The translations under genes and the position numbers were made by a program. The notes below the pieces were generated by a model. That model searched no databases and was not told the DNA's origin. It worked only from the letters and a program-made list of their open reading frames with translations. A DNA stretch of 64,000 nt from Candidatus Melainabacteria bacterium 17Bon1m (GTDB lineage: Bacteria > Cyanobacteriota > Vampirovibrionia > Obscuribacterales > Obscuribacteraceae), in NCBI GenBank assembly GCA_032128875.1, contig JAVLKG010000015.1, positions 1-64,000 on the forward strand. The letters run 5' to 3'. This document shows, piece by piece, positions 57,968 through 64,000 of this stretch (position 1 is its first letter; each line of letters opens with the position of its first letter).

Positions 57968-59410
57968 ATGTCATCTAGCAAAACATCTGGAAAAGGTGGA
58001 AAGCGACGCTTTCGCACCGAGACTGATTCGATGGGTCAAGTGATGGTGCCTGTCGACGCCCTTTACGGCGCGACGACACAACGTGCCATCATCAACTTCC
58101 CCATCAGCGGGCATCCGATGCCCCCTTCGTACATTCACGCCATCGCCGCAATCAAGGCATCAGCCGCCGAAGCCAACGCTCAGCTCGAGCTTCTGGACCG
58201 GCGCACAGCTTTCACGATTGTACAGGCGGCCGAAGAAATCATCGCTGGAAAACACGCGGGCGAATTCCCCATCGACGCGTATCAGACGGGCTCCGGCACT
58301 TCGACGAACATGAACGTCAATGAAGTAATTGCCGCGCGGGCTCGCCAGATTCTCGGCGCGGATCTCGCCGACCGTCACACGGTGCACCCCAACGACCACG
58401 TCAATCGCGGTCAGTCGTCAAACGACGTCATCCCGACTGCGACGCACGTGGCTGCTTCTCTGCTCATCTGCCAGAAGCTCCTGCCCGCTCTCACAAATCT
58501 CGAAAAGGCGCTGAAATCCAAGTCGAAAGAATTTGCCAAGGTCGTGAAGACAGGGCGAACCCATTTGCAGGATGCCACCCCCATCACGCTCGGTCAGGAA
58601 TTCTCGGGATACGCCGCTCAGGTGGCCAACAGCATCCAGCACGTGAAGTACGCCAAATCGCGGCTCAGCTATGTTGCGCTCGGCGGGACGGCTGTCGGCA
58701 CGGGTATCAACGCCCATCCGCAGTTCGCTCGTCTGGCTCTGGCGCGGCTGTCTGAGCGGCTTGGCATTCGCTTCCGCGAAGCCACCAACCACTTCCAGGC
58801 GCAGAGCACGCTCGATGAAGTGGTTGTCGCATCAGGCGCGCTGAAGACCGCGGCGGTCACACTGATGAAAATTGCCAACGACATTCGGCATCTCGGCAGC
58901 GGTCCGCGAGCCGGTCTCGGCGAGTTGAACGTGCCCGAGGTTCAGCCCGGCAGCTCGATTATGCCCGGCAAGGTCAACCCTGTCATCGCAGAATCGCTCT
59001 GCATGGTGTGTGCGAAGGTAATCGGCAATGACGCGACAATCACCGTCGCTGGTCAGTCGGGTCTCTTCGAACTCAACGTCATGCAACCCGTGGCTGCGAT
59101 TTGCTTGATCGAATCGATCGAACTGCTCGCCAATTCTGCCGACAACTTCCGCAATCGGCTGGTCGAGGGTCTCACCGCTACCGACCGCGGACCGCGTCTT
59201 GTCGAAGAGGGTTTGATGCTGGCGACGGCATTGGCTCCCGTTCTCGGTTACGACAAAGCCGCTGCAATCGCACACGAGGCTGCCACCACGGGTGAAACCA
59301 TCCGCCAGGTAGCTCTGCGAGTTTCTGGATTGCCGGAAGATGAGCTCAACAGGCTGCTCGACCCGCTCTCCATGGTGACCAATAAGCCTCAGCGCGGGCG
59401 CCGAAAGTAA
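57968..59410 (+). CDS. fumC: Class II fumarate hydratase
   Basis: Motifs RTETDSMG, QTGSGTSTNMN, HPNDHVN, GRTHLQDA and GSSIMPGKVNP. Confidence 0.93.
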   Translation: MSSSKTSGKGGKRRFRTETDSMGQVMVPVDALYGATTQRAIINFPISGHPMPPSYIHAIAAIKASAAEANAQLELLDRRTAFTIVQAAEEIIAGKHAGEFPIDAYQTGSGTSTNMNVNEVIAARARQILGADLADRHTVHPNDHVNRGQSSNDVIPTATHVAASLLICQKLLPALTNLEKALKSKSKEFAKVVKTGRTHLQDATPITLGQEFSGYAAQVANSIQHVKYAKSRLSYVALGGTAVGTGINAHPQFARLALARLSERLGIRFREATNHFQAQSTLDEVVVASGALKTAAVTLMKIANDIRHLGSGPRAGLGELNVPEVQPGSSIMPGKVNPVIAESLCMVCAKVIGNDATITVAGQSGLFELNVMQPVAAICLIESIELLANSADNFRNRLVEGLTATDRGPRLVEEGLMLATALAPVLGYDKAAAIAHEAATTGETIRQVALRVSGLPEDELNRLLDPLSMVTNKPQRGRRK

Positions 59411-59476
59411 AGCTTGTGCCGATGCTGGTTTTGGCATCAGCATAACGCAGACCTGAAGGTCGCCACAACAACAGGT

Positions 59477-59516
59477 AATTCGCCGGGACGCGCACGGACG
59501 TGCGTTCCGGCGAATT
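59477..59516 (+). other. Strong intergenic stem-loop
   Basis: AATTCGCCGGGACGCG...CGTGCGTTCCGGCGAATT. Confidence 0.6.
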
Positions 59517-59552
59517 CATATCAACGTCCGATATACATAAGGAGTAGTATAA

Positions 59553-60617
59553 ATGGAGCAATTCCACAAGTACGACCCCGCTCAAATGCTCGGGCCGAGC
59601 CCCCTCGCGAAAGCAAGCGATGAGCTCATCCTGACGCACATGGTTTCTCCCCAAGTGAAAGCCCTTCTGGGTCCTGTAACCGGAGGTCGAGTCGAACTCC
59701 GCGATAGTCAGGCCGGCTTTTTCCCCGGGGACGAAGTGTCGAATATCAACGGCAACATCATCAAGGGGCGCGACGGCGAGGCGCTGGTGCGCTTTCCATA
59801 CGTGTCTAGCCTGTACGAACACAAGAACGGCTGCCTGATCATCAAGCGCGACTTTGCGAAGATCAAGGTCTTTGCGTGGCTCGGCGACTGGAAATCCGGC
59901 AAGGCTGACCTAATCCTCAGCAGCGCTCTTCGTGACCGGCGTTACGACGGCACAAAACTCGCCAACGACTGCTCACTGCTCGACTATCCTTACGACGACC
60001 CTGTGCTGTCGAAGCGAATGACGGTCAACGGCGAAACCGCCGACCTCGTCACCGCCGAGACATCGCTGTATAGCTACTTCCCAGGCTCGACCATCGCCAA
60101 AAGCGGTGGCGGCAAGCAGCTCGACGCGTTTATCGCCAAACCGTTCACGTTCATGGACCGGCCCAAACTCTTCCTGCGTTTGTTCAAACGCGCCTGGAAG
60201 CTGGACCGTTTTCCCGGGCAGAACTCAATTCCCATCCCCGACGTTGGCAAACTCGCTCACGCCGGCTGGGAAGCTGTCGCGCGCGAGTGCGGCTTGGACG
60301 CTCTTGAGACGTGCCCCAGCCATTACCACGTCACTCTGTGGAACATGGCAAAGGGCTACACGTTCTCCTATGCAGAGCAAGAAGCGAACATCAACGCCTT
60401 CAAGGCCGGCATCCAGAAGCTCAAGGACAACGGCGTCAGTCTTACACGAGCGCAGGAGGCGTGGGTTTGTGTGCTGAACAGCCTGGAACCGAAGGAGCTG
60501 ATTCCCGAGCACCTTCGCATGGATACTCCGAAGTGGATTCAGACTTGTCTGGATCAGGAGTCCATCTGGCTCGTGAAGCCGCTTTCGGCGAAAGCTGCTC
60601 AACTGCTCAAGAAGTAA
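59553..60617 (+). CDS. Hypothetical protein, possible divergent GNAT-like C-terminal half
   Basis: TAAGGAG RBS and codon bias; FPGQ...G...ECGLDAL...PSHYHV...GYTF. Confidence 0.75.
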   Translation: MEQFHKYDPAQMLGPSPLAKASDELILTHMVSPQVKALLGPVTGGRVELRDSQAGFFPGDEVSNINGNIIKGRDGEALVRFPYVSSLYEHKNGCLIIKRDFAKIKVFAWLGDWKSGKADLILSSALRDRRYDGTKLANDCSLLDYPYDDPVLSKRMTVNGETADLVTAETSLYSYFPGSTIAKSGGGKQLDAFIAKPFTFMDRPKLFLRLFKRAWKLDRFPGQNSIPIPDVGKLAHAGWEAVARECGLDALETCPSHYHVTLWNMAKGYTFSYAEQEANINAFKAGIQKLKDNGVSLTRAQEAWVCVLNSLEPKELIPEHLRMDTPKWIQTCLDQESIWLVKPLSAKAAQLLKK

Positions 60618-60698
60618 GAGCAAGCACGGCAAGACAAATAGCCGAGGCAAATACCGCTAAAAACTCGGCTAGAACACAGCTAAAAATCTCCACAACTC

Positions 60699-60743
60699 AG
60701 CAGAAATTCGCACTTTCACAGGTGTCGAATTTCTGCTTTTTTT
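60699..60743 (+). terminator. Rho-independent terminator
   Basis: AGCAGAAATTCG...CGAATTTCTGCT followed by a T tract. Confidence 0.75.
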
Positions 60744-61066
60744 GGACCAGCATATACTATGCCTTTTAGTATAAACGTTTTGCGACTCAACAGTAAAGTC
60801 ATCAATTTGAAACACCTTGAAGTAAGACTTTAGACAGTGTTCTTCAGTTTTGGACTCAGTGGTAGCTAAAGCTTTCAACTGAGTCTACTCATCACCTGAA
60901 TTAGCACTCAGAGCATTCCTTTTCAGCTTATTAATCTGGGATACAAACAGGTTCTTCACCTATAGGATGCGGGGTTTACGGGTATGAAATCGTAGGTTCC
61001 CCATTGAAAAGGGACCCGCTTTGCTTAAAAATCGCTAAACAGCAAAGCCAGGCACGGTGTTCAAGC

Positions 61067-63409
61067 ATGTACCAGTTAGAAGGCGACAACCAGCAAGCTC
61101 TCGCCCCAAACGAGGCTAAAGTTGCCGAAGCAAAAGAGAAAGCCGCCCAGGGCATGCTCGCTGAAGTTCAAGGCGGTCGCAAAACGACTGCTGTCGTCGA
61201 TACTGCAGAAAGAGATGCGAATCTGCCTCTTTCCGCAATGATGTATTTCGGCGCCATACCGGGAGCTGACAAACCTCCTGAGCCGGTAAAAATGCCGGAA
61301 GCGCCAAAGGGTTTTGCAAACAATTTAGCCAAGTCTTTCACTTATTCGCTTATACAAGCACCTGTCGATGGTTTAAGTCAGCTCGTCGACAAAAGCTTCG
61401 GCTCATCGTGGCAGAAATCACTGCACTTCATGGACGCTCCGGCGCCAGCGAAATACGGCACATCCGATTGGGCAGCACAGCAAATCGGTGGCGCAGGCGG
61501 CATGATCGCGCCTTACTTGCTTTTGCACACCGGTGTTTCAAAAGTAGTCGGACGCGAAGTTCAAACAGCCAACTCCTTAAGCAGAGCCAATATCGGCAGG
61601 TTCGCAGCGCAAGAGTCAGGCATAGCAGCCGTCTCCGGTACGATTTACGGCGGTGTTTTCACACCGGTAAATTCAGCGTCGCAAGACTTCTGGGGCGACC
61701 GCTTCAGAAATGCGGCAACAAGCGGTTTAACATTCGCCACCCTGACCGGCAGCTCAATCGGCTTGCAAGGCTTGGGACGCTCTATGAGCGCTCAAGGACG
61801 CACAGCCTTCGGCGGCATGCTCCAACACGAAGTCGCTGCCGGCGTCTTATCGGCAGTGCCGGCTGGTATCGTTCATGCGGACGGCGGTTCGCTTTTGGCA
61901 GGCAAGGGCCTGGCAACAGGAAAAGAACGCACAGAAGCAATCACCACATTCGCGATGGTGGGCGGCGTCTTTGGCGGCGGTCATCGCTTATTGAACAATT
62001 ACCGAGCTCGCAATCAAGCGACTGAAACGAACGTTCCTGCAGTTGACGCACCAGTCGGAAGCGTGAGAGCCGCAAACGTTTTCATGCTGGGCGAGCGCAT
62101 CACAAAGCCAAGTGAAGCAGCAAAAATGCCTGAGGTGAAAGGCCTCACGGAACAGCCAGCCACTGGTGAGACGGCCAACACCGGTACAAAAGCCGAAGCC
62201 AATCTTCCGCTTCTCGAAGTCGGCAAGCCAACTACACGCTACCAGGGCGTTGAACCAAACGCTATCGTCGAAAGAGTCATCGATACCAAGGGCGGCGGCA
62301 AAATCGTCATGTTCTCGAATGGCGAAAAGGTCGTCGACATCCCCGGCGAGCCCATTCGTACACAGAAAGCAGGTGGACACGTTGTCGTCGAAGCACGCGA
62401 CGGCAAAGTCTCCGAGACTCGCATCAAGAGCCAGATCCCACTTGAAGAAAAGCCGCTGAACGTAGCCAGCGGCGCATACGAACAAATTGGAAAAGACCTT
62501 TCCAATTTCGCAGACCGCCCATTCACACTCGACGGCAGACAATACGCTTCGGTGGAAGCTTTCTATCAAGGGCTGAAGTGGCCTGATGCTGCAAAACGCG
62601 CAGAAGTAGCAGTACTCACCGGCAAAGAAGCAAAATACTCCGCAAGAGAAGCACCGAAATCACAAACTTTCGAGTACGAAGGGCAAACATACAAGCTCGG
62701 CAGCCCGGAGCATCATCAATTGATGAAGCGCGCTATTCGCGAAAGCTTGGAACAAAATCCGGAAGTGATGAAAGATTTTGTGGAAACTTATCCACGACCG
62801 ATCGAGCACAAGACAGGAAGAAGAGAGAATCCACGCTCTGCATTCCCGGGCTCTGCATTCACTCGCATCCTTTCGGAAATCAGAGCAGAATTGCGTGAGA
62901 AGTACGGCATAACCAACGATGCGCCGGCCCCAATCAAACCTGCAGTCGAGGAAAACATGAGCAAGTCGGTCTCTGAAACTCTTCGCGACGTGGTCAGCTC
63001 AGGCAACGCCCCTGAAAGACAAAATCTCGATGTTTACTCGAAAGCAATGGAAAATTCGCCGCATCGCGTCAAGGAATATGTGACAACAGGCAGTGATTCG
63101 GTTGTGATGAAACTGACCGATGGCAATATGCTCAAACTCACAAAAGAAGGCGAATTGCCCCCGGCAAGATCGTTCGACATGCCCGTTGTAGACAAAGGAA
63201 CAGCACTTGCCGATCAAATTACCGTCAATTGGTTCATTCAACCGGAAGCGAAGTCACCAGTTGCACAAGCTGATTTGATGCCATTCTTGCAGAGAATTAG
63301 ACAAGAAGGCTACAGAATGATTGATCCATCGTTGTCTAATTTAGGCTATTACAACGGCGAAGTAAAACTGCTCGATCCCTGGGCAGTTGTAGAAATTCCG
63401 AAGCAATAA
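61067..63409 (+). CDS. Modular protein: Gly/Ala-rich membrane-like region, NADAR-like domain, kinase-like domain
   Basis: NADAR-like LSNFADRPFTLDGRQYASVEAFYQGLK and LMKRAIRESLEQNPE; kinase-like TGSDSVV..LK and DPSLSNLG..VKLLDP. Start (61067 or TTG 61004) uncertain. Confidence 0.8.
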   Translation: MYQLEGDNQQALAPNEAKVAEAKEKAAQGMLAEVQGGRKTTAVVDTAERDANLPLSAMMYFGAIPGADKPPEPVKMPEAPKGFANNLAKSFTYSLIQAPVDGLSQLVDKSFGSSWQKSLHFMDAPAPAKYGTSDWAAQQIGGAGGMIAPYLLLHTGVSKVVGREVQTANSLSRANIGRFAAQESGIAAVSGTIYGGVFTPVNSASQDFWGDRFRNAATSGLTFATLTGSSIGLQGLGRSMSAQGRTAFGGMLQHEVAAGVLSAVPAGIVHADGGSLLAGKGLATGKERTEAITTFAMVGGVFGGGHRLLNNYRARNQATETNVPAVDAPVGSVRAANVFMLGERITKPSEAAKMPEVKGLTEQPATGETANTGTKAEANLPLLEVGKPTTRYQGVEPNAIVERVIDTKGGGKIVMFSNGEKVVDIPGEPIRTQKAGGHVVVEARDGKVSETRIKSQIPLEEKPLNVASGAYEQIGKDLSNFADRPFTLDGRQYASVEAFYQGLKWPDAAKRAEVAVLTGKEAKYSAREAPKSQTFEYEGQTYKLGSPEHHQLMKRAIRESLEQNPEVMKDFVETYPRPIEHKTGRRENPRSAFPGSAFTRILSEIRAELREKYGITNDAPAPIKPAVEENMSKSVSETLRDVVSSGNAPERQNLDVYSKAMENSPHRVKEYVTTGSDSVVMKLTDGNMLKLTKEGELPPARSFDMPVVDKGTALADQITVNWFIQPEAKSPVAQADLMPFLQRIRQEGYRMIDPSLSNLGYYNGEVKLLDPWAVVEIPKQ

Positions 63410-63411
63410 AT

Positions 63412-64000
63412 TTAGTCACGCGGAACAGGAACAGGACCGGTTCCATCAATAACCGGCGTCCAGTCATGATTGCGGAAGCGACGCGGCAATCCGAGACCTG
63501 TGGGAGACTCGATGAAAGCTTGAATCCAAGGGATATTGTTGTTAGGACCGCCATACGGCAATATAAGCGCGCTGCGCACATCTGAAAAGCGATACATCGA
63601 ATTCGACATCATAGTGGTCAAAACGTCTTGCTCATGAGGCGTCAAACTGTTGTAGAAGCGGTTGTTCGGGTGGTTAAGCGGCAGATAGGTGCTCGGACTG
63701 TCCACCACCTTCACGTTCAGGTGCGGCTTGCCGTCTGCTGGGAAAAGATTTGGATAATCGGCTTGATTTGTCCATGGATTTTTTCCACCAGGAACATCAT
63801 GGCGACCCAAAGTTCCAACCGTGATGTCTTGAATGAGCGGCTTGCCATCCTCCATAAACCGGCTTTGCAAGACACTAAAGACGTTCTTTTGATTTTGATC
63901 AAGCAGTTTTGGTATTTGGTGACCACTCATCGCATAGTCATCGATAAAAACGAGACGCTTAGTTTTCAGAGATTCATAAAGCGGTTTCAAGCTGTCCGGC
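63412..64000 (-). CDS. PRTase-CE-like phosphoribosyltransferase-fold protein (5' truncated by the window)
   Basis: PRPP-loop-like LVFIDDYAMSGHQ and C-terminal LILPYGGPNN; the frame is open to the window edge. Confidence 0.65.
   Translation of the reverse strand, partial: PDSLKPLYESLKTKRLVFIDDYAMSGHQIPKLLDQNQKNVFSVLQSRFMEDGKPLIQDITVGTLGRHDVPGGKNPWTNQADYPNLFPADGKPHLNVKVVDSPSTYLPLNHPNNRFYNSLTPHEQDVLTTMMSNSMYRFSDVRSALILPYGGPNNNIPWIQAFIESPTGLGLPRRFRNHDWTPVIDGTGPVPVPRD

Noticed and set aside
57968-59410. Aspartate ammonia-lyase call
   Set aside because: QTGSGTS is fumarase-type; aspartases have GGAGTS.
1-64000. Prophage
   Set aside because: No capsid, terminase, portal, tail or integrase genes recognised.

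Overview
Bacterial accessory-type region with no rRNA, tRNA or CRISPR array recognised. The tandem TM-HAMP-PAS-HisKA kinases and long Gly/Ala-rich modular proteins resemble Candidatus Obscuribacterales/Melainabacteria, but that taxonomy is inference only. Recognisable genes: CCA-adding nucleotidyltransferase (HD), DUF3228-like protein, SohB-like S49 peptidase, HAD hydrolase, four translationally coupled orphan histidine kinases (A-B-A'-B'), nucleoside 2-deoxyribosyltransferase, an IS256-family element, a divergent FtsH, an ABC membrane domain lacking an NBD, a prsW-trx-ctpA-thiolase-fadJ-like run, two MocR regulators, TPR proteins, a Csp-like copper protein, a ferritin-like protein, two NUDIX enzymes, an M50 peptidase and fumC. 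Best candidates for novelty: (1) a ~160-bp non-coding element present twice, in inverted orientation and 24 kb apart (4142-4302 and 28450-28610), each with two CTCCGAAAA-N8-TTTTCGGAG palindromes exactly 135 bp apart and internal AGCAAGGCTTTT boxes; (2) a ~780-aa modular protein with a membrane/Gly-rich N-terminus, a NADAR-like domain and a minimal kinase-like domain, tail-to-tail with a PRTase-CE-like gene; (3) the kinase quartet; (4) the protease plus beta-oxidation gene run. All family calls come from motifs read by eye, not from database searches.
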